Assembly (NCBI GenBank): GCA_002011475.1
Contig: MTNP01000008.1
Location: 4,037 to 68,036 of the forward strand
From: Dehalococcoides sp. JdFR-54
Lineage (GTDB): Bacteria > Chloroflexota > Dehalococcoidia > JdFR-54
Length of the DNA stretch: 64,000 nt
Reading direction: 5' to 3'
Part shown: in pieces, positions 18,882 through 28,575 of the stretch
Position numbering within the stretch: the stretch's first letter is position 1
Layout: each line of letters begins with the position of its first letter
The notes under the pieces: generated by a model
Databases searched by the model: none
The model's input: only the letters and a program-made list of their open reading frames with translations
What the model was told of the DNA's origin: nothing
Program-made: the position numbers and the translations under genes

Positions 18882-19838
18882 ATGGGCAGTATCCTGAGAA
18901 CAATGCTCTTCATTCCCGCCAATAGCTGGCGGATGATCCTGAGAGCCCGGGATGAGATGGAGGATGCCGTTATCCTGGACCTGGAGGACGCCGTGCCCAT
19001 CGGCGAAAAGGAGACCGCCAGGGTTCTGGCCAGGGATTGCATCCCCCTGCTCAAGGAAAGAGCCATAGACGTTTTCATCCGGGTGAATTCGCTGGCCACC
19101 GGTCTAACCAGGGAAGATTTGAACTACGTAGTAGTCGAGGGAGCGGACGGCATAGTGCTCCCCAAATCGGAATCGAAGCAGGACATCCTCGCCCTAGATG
19201 AGTTCTTGCAGGATGAAGAGAGGAAAAAGGGCTTGGAACCCAACAGCGTCGCTATTATGCCTTTGGTGGAGACTCCCAGGGGGGTTCTGAATGTGAGGGA
19301 CATCGTCTCCGCCAGCCCAAGGGTGATTGCCGTGGGCTTTGGCGCTGGGGATTTCCTCAGGGAGCTGGGGGAGGGGTTCGCCATCACCAGACTAACCCCG
19401 GAGGAGTACTTCCCTATGATTCTCTATGCCCGCTCCAGCATCTCCTTGGCCGCCAGCGCCGCCGGCATTCTGCCTATAGATACCCCCTTCTTCGGGCTGC
19501 TTACCGATACCGAGGGGCTAATCGCTGAGTCCGAGAAGGCCAAGCTTCTGGGATTCAAGGGGAAGATGCTCATTCACCCCCGCCACATCAACCCCGTGAA
19601 TGAGATCTTCTCGCCTTCCGAGGCAGACATCGACTTCGCTAGGCAAATGGTGCAGGCCTACAAGGAAGCCGAGGCCAGGGGGCTGGGGGCAGCCTCCTTC
19701 GGCGGCAGGATGATCGACTATGCCATGCATACCATGGGAATGGACCTCTTGGCCAAAGCCGAAGCCATAGCCGAAAAGAGCCAACGGAGGCTCCGAGTGT
19801 CATCCTCTGCGGGGGCAGCAACTGAGGAGACTTCTTAG
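18882..19838 (+). CDS. CitE-like (HpcH/HpaI family) acyl-CoA lyase, such as malyl-/beta-methylmalyl-/citramalyl-/citryl-CoA lyase.
   Basis: MLFIPAN...AVILDLEDAV N-terminal signature of the citrate lyase beta / malyl-CoA lyase family. Confidence 0.8.
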   Translation: MGSILRTMLFIPANSWRMILRARDEMEDAVILDLEDAVPIGEKETARVLARDCIPLLKERAIDVFIRVNSLATGLTREDLNYVVVEGADGIVLPKSESKQDILALDEFLQDEERKKGLEPNSVAIMPLVETPRGVLNVRDIVSASPRVIAVGFGAGDFLRELGEGFAITRLTPEEYFPMILYARSSISLAASAAGILPIDTPFFGLLTDTEGLIAESEKAKLLGFKGKMLIHPRHINPVNEIFSPSEADIDFARQMVQAYKEAEARGLGAASFGGRMIDYAMHTMGMDLLAKAEAIAEKSQRRLRVSSSAGAATEETS

Positions 19839-19855
19839 CCGGAACTCTGCCAGAA

Positions 19856-20998
19856 ATGGACCTATACGAGCACCAGGCCAAGGCAATCTTCCAGCAATAC
19901 GGGATACCTATCCCCCGAGGGCTGGTGGTCAGGGATGAGTCCTCCCTCCAGGCAGCGTTCGATGCCATCGGCCAAGAGAGCTTCGGAGTGCTCAAGGCCC
20001 AAGTGCTGACCGGGGGGCGGGGCAAGGCGGGGGGCATAAAAGTGGTGGACTCCCTGCCCCAGGCCCTGGAACTGCTCCCCAATATCCTGGGGATGCGGAT
20101 AAAGGAGTTCCCCGTAGATTCGCTCCTGGTGGAAGAAAGACTACACATAAAGAACGAATACTTCATGGGCCTCACCATAGACCCTGAGGCCTCGCTGCCT
20201 GTTCTGCTGCTGAGTCCTCGGGGCGGCATGGATATAGAGGAGGTCGCCAAAGATTACCCCTCGGCCCTGGGCAAATATGTAATACACCCCTCCCGCGGGC
20301 TACCTTCCTTTGCTGTGATGGACTTGGCCAGGGGACTGGGGTTTCCCCACAGGTTATGGGGGGCGCTAATAGACATCGCCGGCAAGCTCTATAAGGCCTT
20401 CTGCCAGGAAGAAGCCACCCTCGCCGAGCTCAACCCCCTGGCGGAGACGACGGGGGACAGCCTGATAGCCGTCGACAGCCGCCTCAGCGTCGATGACAAT
20501 GCCCTGTTCCGCCATCCCGAGCTCAACGAGCTGAAGAAGGGATTCAAGGAAATGTCCCTGAAGGACAAGGGGCTCGACTACATAGACCTGCGGACAGGAG
20601 AGGTGGGCCTGCTCTGCGTCGGCGCCGGCATGACCATGCTCACCATGGACCTGGTGGCACAAGCCGGCGCAAAGGCCCGGTGCTTCCTCGATGTCAGCCA
20701 CGGCATAAGTGCCGAGGGCTTGAGCACCGCCCTGGAACTATTGGCCTCAGAGCCAGGGATCAAGTGTGTCCTGGTAAACATGTTCGGCGGCCTGAGCCGG
20801 ATGGATGAAATAGCCACCTTCATGCTTCAAGCCATCGAGGCTATGGGGGGAAGGTTCCCCAAGCCTATACTGATTCGCCTCCAAGGGACAAACGCCGAGA
20901 TAGGCAGAAGGATGATGATGGAAGCCGGCTACGTCGTCTCTACTGAACTGGAAGAACTGATGGATAATTTCAAAGAACTGCTAAAGGGGACAAAGTGA
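19856..20998 (+). CDS. Succinyl-CoA-synthetase-like ligase beta subunit, copy 2.
   Basis: MDLYEHQAKAIFQQYGIP ATP-grasp N-terminus; 380 aa. Confidence 0.8.
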   Translation: MDLYEHQAKAIFQQYGIPIPRGLVVRDESSLQAAFDAIGQESFGVLKAQVLTGGRGKAGGIKVVDSLPQALELLPNILGMRIKEFPVDSLLVEERLHIKNEYFMGLTIDPEASLPVLLLSPRGGMDIEEVAKDYPSALGKYVIHPSRGLPSFAVMDLARGLGFPHRLWGALIDIAGKLYKAFCQEEATLAELNPLAETTGDSLIAVDSRLSVDDNALFRHPELNELKKGFKEMSLKDKGLDYIDLRTGEVGLLCVGAGMTMLTMDLVAQAGAKARCFLDVSHGISAEGLSTALELLASEPGIKCVLVNMFGGLSRMDEIATFMLQAIEAMGGRFPKPILIRLQGTNAEIGRRMMMEAGYVVSTELEELMDNFKELLKGTK

Positions 20999-21861
20999 GC
21001 ATCTTGGTAGACAAGAATACCCGTCTGGTGGTTCTGGGGATGACGGGAAGGCAAGGCTCCTTCCACACCAGGTTGATGCGGGAGGAGGGCACCAATATAG
21101 TGGCTGGAGTGGTGCCGGGCAAGGGGGGACAACAATTTGAGGGCATACCTATCTATGACACCATCCTACAGGCGAAACTGGCGCAGGATGCCAATGCCTG
21201 CGTCTTCTTCGTTCCTGCCTCGGCTGCTACCCAAGGTATACTGGATGCCATAGACGCCGGCATCGAGGTCGTCAGCGCCATTACCGACGGCATCCCCATG
21301 CACGATATGCTGTTGATCCAGGAGAAGTTGAAGGGAAGTCGCACCCGAGTGATAGGCCCTAACACCTCAGGGCTGATAACGCCGCGGCAGGCCAAGCTGG
21401 GCATAATGCCGTCTATGGCCTACAAGCCCGGGCCTGTGGGCGTCATGGCCAGAAGCGGCTCCCTATCCTATGAGGTGTGCTATGAGCTGAGCAAGGCTGG
21501 CCTGGGCCAAAGCACGGTGGTGGGGATAGGTGGGGACAGGATAGTAGGCACCACCTTTGCTGAGCTGGTGCCTCTATTTGAAGCCGACGCGGAAACCCGA
21601 GCCATCGTTATGGTGGGGGAGATCGGTGGGGTGGATGAGGAAAGGGCCGCCCTGACCATCAAGGAGCACTGCTCCAAACCAGTGGTGGCCATCATCGCCG
21701 GCTCTAGCGCGCCACCGGGCAAGGCCATGGGCCACGCCGGCGCCATCATCACTCAGGGCAAGGGGACCTTCGAGTCCAAAAGGGAGGCGCTTCAAGCAGC
21801 AGGGGTAAAGGTGGTCCGTTATCCCCGAGAGGTTGTCCAGGCCTTGAGGGAGGCATTCTGA
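20995..21861 (+). CDS. Succinyl-CoA-synthetase-like ligase alpha subunit, copy 2.
   Basis: [10 protein letters not shown] CoA-binding motif and canonical MGHAGAII phosphohistidine loop; overlaps beta copy 2 by 4 nt. Confidence 0.82.
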   Translation: MSILVDKNTRLVVLGMTGRQGSFHTRLMREEGTNIVAGVVPGKGGQQFEGIPIYDTILQAKLAQDANACVFFVPASAATQGILDAIDAGIEVVSAITDGIPMHDMLLIQEKLKGSRTRVIGPNTSGLITPRQAKLGIMPSMAYKPGPVGVMARSGSLSYEVCYELSKAGLGQSTVVGIGGDRIVGTTFAELVPLFEADAETRAIVMVGEIGGVDEERAALTIKEHCSKPVVAIIAGSSAPPGKAMGHAGAIITQGKGTFESKREALQAAGVKVVRYPREVVQALREAF

Positions 21862-21886
21862 CCGCACTGCGTGAGGAGACAGGCCT

Positions 21887-22315
21887 ATGGCAGTTAGGTT
21901 TCTATTGGCCAAAATAGGCATAGACGGGCATGACAGGGGGGCCAGGACGGTGGCCCTGGCCCTTAGAGATGCTGGCATGGAGGTTATCTATACCGGCCCC
22001 TGGCAGAGCATCGAGAGCGTAACCGAGACCGCTATTCAGGAGGATGTGGATATCATCGGCATCAGCACCCTGGGCGGGGATTATTTCCTCGTCCCCAAAC
22101 TACTGAACCGCATTAGGGAGAAGGGACTGAACATCCCCGTCATTGTGGGCGGCATCATACCGGCCCGTGTTGAAGAGGACCTGAGGAAGGCGGGGGTGGC
22201 AGCTATATTTCACCCCGGCGCCAGCATCGACGATATCATCAAGACCATCCATTCCCTGGTCAGCCAGCATGAGTCCGGTGAGGAGGTGGGAAATGCCAGA
22301 AGAAGCAAGCCTTGA
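21887..22315 (+). CDS. Methylmalonyl-CoA mutase family, B12-binding small subunit.
   Basis: KIGIDGHDRGA (DxHxxG base-off/His-on motif) and Rossmann-like B12 domain; 142 aa. Confidence 0.85.
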   Translation: MAVRFLLAKIGIDGHDRGARTVALALRDAGMEVIYTGPWQSIESVTETAIQEDVDIIGISTLGGDYFLVPKLLNRIREKGLNIPVIVGGIIPARVEEDLRKAGVAAIFHPGASIDDIIKTIHSLVSQHESGEEVGNARRSKP

Positions 22316-23990
22316 AGAAGCTATAATTCAGTGGCAGAGAGAGTATGAGGAATCCCTGCGTCGGCTGCCCCCACGACGGAAGCAGTTTGTCACCCAGTCG
22401 GGCATCCCGCTGAAGCCCCTCTATATCCCTGAGCCGACCTCGGCCGAGGCCGCCAATTACTTGGAGAAGCTGGGCTTGCCCGGCCAGTACCCCTTCACCA
22501 GGGGCGTCTACGCCTCGATGTATCGCAATCGGGTCTGGACCAAGAGGCTCCTCGCCGGCTACGGAGCCCCTGAGAACTTCAATGAGAGGGCCAAGCTCCT
22601 CCTGGAGGCCGGGGAGACGGGGCTCAACGCCCCGGCACCCAGCGTATCTATGCGAGGCTATGATACCGACCAGATGGCAGAGATGTACGATAAGGGCTAT
22701 GTCGGGCTATATGGCACGCCCCTAGATAGCGTGCTGGACACCGAGATAAGCCTGAAGGACATACCTATTGACCAGATCAGCGTCAACTACAGTGACCCCG
22801 GCCCCTTCGTCTCCATCGCCTTGCACTTCGCCGAGGCGCGACGGCGGGGCATCCCTTTGAACGATTTGAGGGGCAGCGCCAATCAGGCCGATTGCCTATC
22901 CCACTGGGTTAGCTCCCACCAGTTTATCATCTTCCCCCTGGAAGTGCATATGCGAATGACTGTGGACTTGATCACCTGGTGCACGCGCCATGCGCGCAAA
23001 TGGCACCCGTTGAGCATCATCGGCCAGCATCACTCCCAGAGCGGCGCCACCCCCCTCCAAGAGCTGGCCTTCACCTTGGCTGCGGGCATCGCCTACGTGG
23101 AGGAGTGTTTGAAGACCGGCATGAATATCGATGAGTTCGCTCCCCGCATCAGCGGTTTCTTCGATGGCCAGATAAACTTCCTGGAATTGGCCGCCAAGCT
23201 GCGGGCAGCTCGGCGCATGTGGGCCAAGACAATGAGGGAGAGATTCGGCGCCAAAGACCCTCGTTCCTGGCAACTGCCCATCCATGTGCAGACCTCGGGC
23301 GTAGAGCTCACCCGGCAGATGCCCCTGCTCAACATCGCCCGGGTAGCCCTTCAGGCGGTGGGGGCGGTGCTGGGCGGTACCCAGTCCCTTCATACCGATT
23401 CCTGGGATGAAGCCATTACCATACCCAAGCAGGAAGCGGCGCTAATAGCCCTGATGACCCAACACATCATAAGTGAGGAGTCAGGGGCGGCCGAGGTCAT
23501 CGACCCACTGGGTGGCTCCTACTACGTGGAGGCCCTGACCGATGAACTGGAAAAAAGGGCCTGGGAGATCATCGACACCATCGACTCCATGGGCGGGATG
23601 GTCAAGGCAGTTAGCTCGGGCTGGGTCTACAGGGAGATCACCCGGTCGATACGGGAGAGCCAGGCAGCCATAGATAAAAAGGAGAAAATCGTCGTTGGCG
23701 TGAACGAGTACACCCTGCCTGAGGAGGAGCAACAGCAGTTCGAGTCCTTCGAGGTCGACCCGGAGCTAGTAGACGGGCAAATTGAGCGCACCAAGCGACT
23801 GAGGCAGGAGCGCGACCAGGCCAAGGCCAAGAGTGCTCTCGAGGAACTTCGCGCCATCGCCGAAGACCCCGGAAAGGGCAACATCTTCGAAGGGGTCTTT
23901 AATGCAGTGCAGGCCTATTGCACCCGGGGCGAGATCGTCCACACGCTCAAGGAAGTGTTGGGCGAGGGAAGGCCTTACACCACTATCTGA
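22293..23990 (+). CDS. Methylmalonyl-CoA mutase family large (catalytic TIM-barrel) subunit, split type; substrate unknown.
   Basis: ~565 aa aligning with the MCM/IcmA substrate-binding domain (TRGVYASMYR...). Start at ATG 22293 preceded by GAGGAGGTG. Overlaps the small-subunit gene. Confidence 0.82.
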   Translation: MPEEASLEEAIIQWQREYEESLRRLPPRRKQFVTQSGIPLKPLYIPEPTSAEAANYLEKLGLPGQYPFTRGVYASMYRNRVWTKRLLAGYGAPENFNERAKLLLEAGETGLNAPAPSVSMRGYDTDQMAEMYDKGYVGLYGTPLDSVLDTEISLKDIPIDQISVNYSDPGPFVSIALHFAEARRRGIPLNDLRGSANQADCLSHWVSSHQFIIFPLEVHMRMTVDLITWCTRHARKWHPLSIIGQHHSQSGATPLQELAFTLAAGIAYVEECLKTGMNIDEFAPRISGFFDGQINFLELAAKLRAARRMWAKTMRERFGAKDPRSWQLPIHVQTSGVELTRQMPLLNIARVALQAVGAVLGGTQSLHTDSWDEAITIPKQEAALIALMTQHIISEESGAAEVIDPLGGSYYVEALTDELEKRAWEIIDTIDSMGGMVKAVSSGWVYREITRSIRESQAAIDKKEKIVVGVNEYTLPEEEQQQFESFEVDPELVDGQIERTKRLRQERDQAKAKSALEELRAIAEDPGKGNIFEGVFNAVQAYCTRGEIVHTLKEVLGEGRPYTTI

Positions 23991-24010
23991 GTATCGTTTA
24001 TGAATAAACC

Positions 24011-25513
24011 ATGATCTCCGCGGCATTGGAGCACAGGGTTCGGGCCAAGGAGCTGCTGAATAGGGTGACCTCTCCCCAGGAAGCTGCCAGCTTGGTCGAG
24101 GACGGGATGTCTCTAGGAATAGGGACGGGCGATTCCATCGCCTGCCCTAAGACGTTCTTCACCGCCTTGGCCCAGCAAGCCAAAGGCAGGCTAAGGGTCA
24201 AGCTTTTCACCGGCGGGCCGGTGCCCCACGAGGTGGATGGCCTTATGGTGGAGGCCGATGCCTATGAGCGAAGGTTCGGCCAGTTCAGCAATGCCTGGCT
24301 GCGGGATGCTGCCAATGAGAGACGGTTCCCCCTCCTCGACACCCGGACGGGCACCCTGCCCCATCAGGTACGGGACGGGCGCTTTGGCAGGATCGACATA
24401 GCCCTCATCGAGGCGGCGGCCATCACCGAGGCGGGATACATCGTCCCCACCACTAGCCTCTTGGATGCCCCCAGCTATGCAGTGCTGGCTGAAAAGGTCA
24501 TAGTGGAGATAAACCCCCAGGTCCCCCCAGAGATAGAGGGCATCCACGATGTCTACATCCCCGAGGTAGCCCCCCATCGAAAGCCCATTCCCCTGGAGAA
24601 GCCAGGGGACCGCATCGGCACCCCTTATATACCGGTGAATCCAGAGAGGATCGCCGCCATAATCGAATCGAGCCTGCCCGATAATCCTCCCCCCCGGGCC
24701 GCCACCGACCAGAATAGCCAGAAGATAGCCCACCACCTGTTGGAGTTCTTCAGCAACGAGGTCAAGAGGGGCAGGCTCCCCCCCAATCTGCTGCCCCTCC
24801 AGTTCGGCGTAGGCGCCATCCCCGATGCCTTCGCCGCCGAACTGGCCAAGAGCTCCTTCACCGATATCGAGTTCTTCACCGGCACCTTTGGCGATGGGGG
24901 ACTGGACCTGATCGATGCCGGCAAGGCGAAAGCCCTTTCCACCGCTTCGTTATATCTATCGCAAGAGGGATTCCAGAGGCTATACCGAGACCTGCCCCGG
25001 TATAAGCGATACATAGTCATCAGGCCGGTGGTGCTGGCCGACTGCCCCGAGCTGGTAGCCCGGGTGGGCCTCATAGCCATGAACAGCGGCATTGAGGTAG
25101 ATATCTACGGCCATGTCAACTCCACCCATATTCAGGGGTCGAGGATAGTGAGCGGCATCGGGGGCTCCTGCGACTTCATGTGGAATGCCTTTCTCTCCGT
25201 GGTATTGCTATCGTCCACGGCCCGGAGGGGGGCCATTTCTTGCATCGTGCCCATGGTGACCCACGTGGATCACCCAGAGCACGCCGTGGATGTGATCGTC
25301 ACCGAGCAAGGGTTGGCCGACCTGAGGGGCCTGGCTCCTGTGGAGAGGGCCCGGACCATCATAGCCAACTGTGCCCACCCCGATTACAAACCACTGCTCA
25401 GCCAATACCTGGAGGAGGCCATCAATAGCCGGGGCGGCCATGAGCCCCATATGCTGGAAAAGGCCTTCTCCTTTCACCTCCGTTTTGCCGAAACGGGGAG
25501 CATGAAGCCCTGA
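24011..25513 (+). CDS. Acetyl-CoA hydrolase/transferase family CoA-transferase (Cat1/AbfT-like), copy 1.
   Basis: Two-domain AcetylCoA_hydro architecture; C-terminal VTEQGLADLRGLAPVERARTIIANCAHPDYKP signature. Confidence 0.8.
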   Translation: MISAALEHRVRAKELLNRVTSPQEAASLVEDGMSLGIGTGDSIACPKTFFTALAQQAKGRLRVKLFTGGPVPHEVDGLMVEADAYERRFGQFSNAWLRDAANERRFPLLDTRTGTLPHQVRDGRFGRIDIALIEAAAITEAGYIVPTTSLLDAPSYAVLAEKVIVEINPQVPPEIEGIHDVYIPEVAPHRKPIPLEKPGDRIGTPYIPVNPERIAAIIESSLPDNPPPRAATDQNSQKIAHHLLEFFSNEVKRGRLPPNLLPLQFGVGAIPDAFAAELAKSSFTDIEFFTGTFGDGGLDLIDAGKAKALSTASLYLSQEGFQRLYRDLPRYKRYIVIRPVVLADCPELVARVGLIAMNSGIEVDIYGHVNSTHIQGSRIVSGIGGSCDFMWNAFLSVVLLSSTARRGAISCIVPMVTHVDHPEHAVDVIVTEQGLADLRGLAPVERARTIIANCAHPDYKPLLSQYLEEAINSRGGHEPHMLEKAFSFHLRFAETGSMKP

Positions 25514-25539
25514 ACCAACCGACAATAGGGCTGGAGAAT

Positions 25540-26868
25540 GTGCAGATGTCGCAGTATGAAGATGAATTCAAAAGGAAAATAATCTCGGCGGAGGAAGCAG
25601 CGGGGCTGGTAAAATCCGGCGACTTGGTCGCCTTTAGCTATGGAAGAGAGGCTACCACCCTGGGCTACGCCCTGGTGGCCAAGGCAGGCGAGGTGGAGAA
25701 TGTCAGGGTGCACGTGCCCACACCATCCCGGGACTTCGGCTGGTATGACCCAGGCTTCGAGGACTTCTTCTCCATCGAGCTGTGCTTTGTCCTGCCCGTG
25801 GCCAGAAGGATGATGGCCGAGCGCCGGGGTGACTACCTGATCCGGCCCATATATTGGACTATGGAGCCTGGCCTGAGGCCAGCGCCGGATGTGCTCTTCG
25901 TGGAGGTGTCGCCCCCGGATGCCCATGGCTTTTGCAGCTTTGGCGCTTCGCTGTGGGACAAAAAGGAGGCAACACAGAACGCCAAGCTCGTGGTGGCCGA
26001 ATTCAATGCCAACCTCATCCGCACCTATGGCGACAATTTCGTCCACATCTCGGAGATAGACTACTTTGTAGAACATATGCCTACGGGACAAGCCCCAGGT
26101 ACAACAGACATGCTGGGGAGAAGGGATAAAGGCCCCGGCGAGATAGAGAAGGCTATAGCCGAGAATGTGGCCACGGTGATCCGGGATGGCGACACCCTGG
26201 AGATCGGTATCGGGGGGACGGCCGAGTGGCTGCCCCGGCTGGGCACCTTTGACAATAAGAGCGACCTGGGCTGGCACTCAGAGAATACCGTCCCTGGGAT
26301 CATCAGACTGGTCATGGAGGGGGTATTCACCGGCAAGTACAAGACGCTGCATCAGGGCAAGGTAGTAGCCACCGCCGTGGGCGGCGGCACCAGGGAGGAG
26401 ATGGAATTCGTTAACATGAATCCCCTCTTCGAGCTCTATGGCTCTAGGTATATGCTGGACCCAGCCATCATCGCCGCCCATGACAATATGGTGGCCATAA
26501 ATAGCTGCATCGCAGTGGACTTGACTGGGCAGATCTCCGCCGAGTCCGTAGGGCCGACCATGGTCTCCGGCACGGGGGGACAACTCGCTTTTGCCATAGG
26601 CGCCAACCTCTCCAAGGGAGGGAGGTTCATCACTGTGCTCACCTCCACCTCCCGGGACGGCACCGCCTCACGCATCGTGCCCCAACTGGAGCCTGGAACC
26701 ATCGTCACCGTCCCCCGGACGCTGACCGATATAGTGGTCACCGAGTACGGAGTAGCCAGGCTCAAGGGCAAGACCCAGCGGGAGCGGGCCGAGGCGCTCA
26801 TCGCCATCGCCCACCCCGACCACCGCCCCGAGCTGCGGAAGGCGGCCAGGAAACTGTTCTGGCCCTAG
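25540..26868 (+). CDS. 4-hydroxybutyrate/acetate CoA-transferase family (AbfT-like), copy 2.
   Basis: Co-linear similarity to AbfT (VSPPDAHGFCSFG, VTEYGVARLKGKTQRERAEALIAIAHPDHRPEL). Confidence 0.85.
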   Translation: MQMSQYEDEFKRKIISAEEAAGLVKSGDLVAFSYGREATTLGYALVAKAGEVENVRVHVPTPSRDFGWYDPGFEDFFSIELCFVLPVARRMMAERRGDYLIRPIYWTMEPGLRPAPDVLFVEVSPPDAHGFCSFGASLWDKKEATQNAKLVVAEFNANLIRTYGDNFVHISEIDYFVEHMPTGQAPGTTDMLGRRDKGPGEIEKAIAENVATVIRDGDTLEIGIGGTAEWLPRLGTFDNKSDLGWHSENTVPGIIRLVMEGVFTGKYKTLHQGKVVATAVGGGTREEMEFVNMNPLFELYGSRYMLDPAIIAAHDNMVAINSCIAVDLTGQISAESVGPTMVSGTGGQLAFAIGANLSKGGRFITVLTSTSRDGTASRIVPQLEPGTIVTVPRTLTDIVVTEYGVARLKGKTQRERAEALIAIAHPDHRPELRKAARKLFWP

Positions 26869-26895
26869 CCCCGAGGCTTTTGGAGGCAGAGAGAA

Positions 26896-27051
26896 ATGCA
26901 AGCCAAGGAGACCAAATGCCCCTGGTGCGACGAGGTTATCCAGCCCAAGGAGGTCACCACCGAGGGGAAGCATGGCAAAATCCAGGAGCTCCGGTGCCCC
27001 AAGTGTGATGGCATCATCAAGGCCCGGCTTAAGGACCTGCCGCCAATCTAA
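26896..27051 (+). CDS. Unannotated 51-aa zinc-ribbon protein (CPWC...CPKC).
   Basis: ATG at 26896, TAA at 27049. MQAKETKCPWCDEVIQPKEVTTEGKHGKIQELRCPKCDGIIKARLKDLPPI; GGAGG upstream. Missed by the >=60-aa ORF track. Confidence 0.45.
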   Translation: MQAKETKCPWCDEVIQPKEVTTEGKHGKIQELRCPKCDGIIKARLKDLPPI

Positions 27052-27063
27052 GGAGGTGCGCTC

Positions 27064-28245
27064 ATGGCTAGCGAAAAGGAAGTCGTGGCCGAGGTTTCCG
27101 AAGGCGAAATCTCCCCCCGCACCCTCGATGAGTGGAAGGCGCGGCTGGGGATGTCACTGCGTATCTCTGCCATCTTCAATATGTATGTCTCCAGGGAGGC
27201 GATACGGAACTACGTCAACGGCATCGGGGACATTAACCCTCTCTACCGCGATCCCGACTACGCAGCCAAGACCCGCTACGGCAGGCTCATTGCCCCGCCC
27301 AATTGGCTCTACAGCGTCTTCCCCACCTGGGTGCTCCAGGGTCTGCCGGGGGTGCACGCCTTCCACTCCGGCAACGACTGGCGGTTCTACCTGCCCATCT
27401 ACATGGGCGACACCATCACCCCGGAGTGCATCTTCACCGGCTTCGAGGTGAAAGGCAGCCAGTTTGCTGGCCGCATGGTCATGGAATACCAGAGGGCCAA
27501 CTTCCGCAATCAGCGGGGGGAACTGGTAGCCAGCACCGACCTATGGCTAGTCCGCACCGAGCGGAGGGCCGCCCGAAAGGCGGGCAAATACCACGATCTG
27601 AAGCTCCCCCACCCCTGGACGCCCGAGGAACTGGAGAAGGTAGACCAGGAGATAATGGCCGAGGTAGTTCGAGGGGGCGAGGTGCGCTACTGGGAGGACA
27701 CCCAGGTAGGGGAGGAACTCCAGCCAGTGGTCAAGGGCCCCCTGGGCCTGACCGACATCATCGCCTACTGCGTGGGGGCAGCGCCCATCCAGATCGCGGC
27801 TCACCACGCCCAACTAAACCTGTACCGCGCCCACCCCGCCTGGGGCTTTCGCGACCCGGAGACCAACGCCTGGGAGCCTATCTACGCCGTCCACTACCTA
27901 AAGCCGGCGGCCAAGGCCGCCGGGGTCAATTACTGCTACGACGTGGGCGCTCAACGCCAGGGCTGGCTCATAGGCTTCCTGTGCAACTGGATCGGAGACG
28001 AGGGCTGGATCAAGAAAAATTACGCCGAGTATCGAAGGTTCGTTTACCTCTCCGACGTGGTGCGGTTTACGGGCAAGGTAACGGATAAATACATTGATGA
28101 GAACGGCGAGCACTGCGTCGATATCGAGACCCATGCCATAAACCAGCGAGGGGAAGACACCATGCCCGGCCACTCCACGGTCATCCTGCCCTCCCGGGAG
28201 AAGGGCACCTGGCCGGTAGCCAGGCGGATCAGGACGGACTACTAA
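27064..28245 (+). CDS. Double hot-dog MaoC-like acyl-CoA hydratase/dehydratase (mesaconyl-/itaconyl-CoA hydratase-like).
   Basis: 393 aa with two hot-dog halves; strong SD AAGGAGGTG. Confidence 0.65.
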   Translation: MASEKEVVAEVSEGEISPRTLDEWKARLGMSLRISAIFNMYVSREAIRNYVNGIGDINPLYRDPDYAAKTRYGRLIAPPNWLYSVFPTWVLQGLPGVHAFHSGNDWRFYLPIYMGDTITPECIFTGFEVKGSQFAGRMVMEYQRANFRNQRGELVASTDLWLVRTERRAARKAGKYHDLKLPHPWTPEELEKVDQEIMAEVVRGGEVRYWEDTQVGEELQPVVKGPLGLTDIIAYCVGAAPIQIAAHHAQLNLYRAHPAWGFRDPETNAWEPIYAVHYLKPAAKAAGVNYCYDVGAQRQGWLIGFLCNWIGDEGWIKKNYAEYRRFVYLSDVVRFTGKVTDKYIDENGEHCVDIETHAINQRGEDTMPGHSTVILPSREKGTWPVARRIRTDY

Positions 28246-28251
28246 CGCCCG

Positions 28252-28575
28252 CTATCTTATCGGCTTCCTCACGAAGACCTGCACACCCACCGAGAAAGGT
28301 ATGCTCTCCCGCAGGTCCTTGCTCAGGGTTATGGACTTCTTCTTATCACCGACCTCCTCCAGCCTCTCCACCTTGAACCTGAGCGTCCTGGGGCCGATCA
28401 CCTCCACCAAGCCCCCCACCTCAACCCCCAGCTCCGCCCGGGATTCAGCATCCAAACGGCACACCCCTTTCCCGAGGTCGGCATCCACATCCTCGATGAG
28501 GGTCAGGATTATCTCTTTGCCGTAGCTAGGCGCGCGATATTTGCTGCCGATCACCTGCTCTGAAGTTTCCATCAT
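28252..28575 (-). CDS. Small hypothetical protein with two AbrB/VAT-N-like cradle-loop barrel half-motifs.
   Basis: 107 aa; CRLDAESRAELGVEVGGLVEV and ITLSKDLRESIPFSVGVQVFV resemble swapped-hairpin barrel motifs; co-directional with tfrAB. Confidence 0.3.
   Translation of the reverse strand: MMETSEQVIGSKYRAPSYGKEIILTLIEDVDADLGKGVCRLDAESRAELGVEVGGLVEVIGPRTLRFKVERLEEVGDKKKSITLSKDLRESIPFSVGVQVFVRKPIR

Noticed and set aside
27303-28088. 261-aa Arg/Gly/Pro-rich ORF in an alternative + frame inside the MaoC hydratase gene.
   Set aside because: Biased composition of GC-rich out-of-frame translation; the overlapping frame has a coherent hot-dog fold signature and strong SD.
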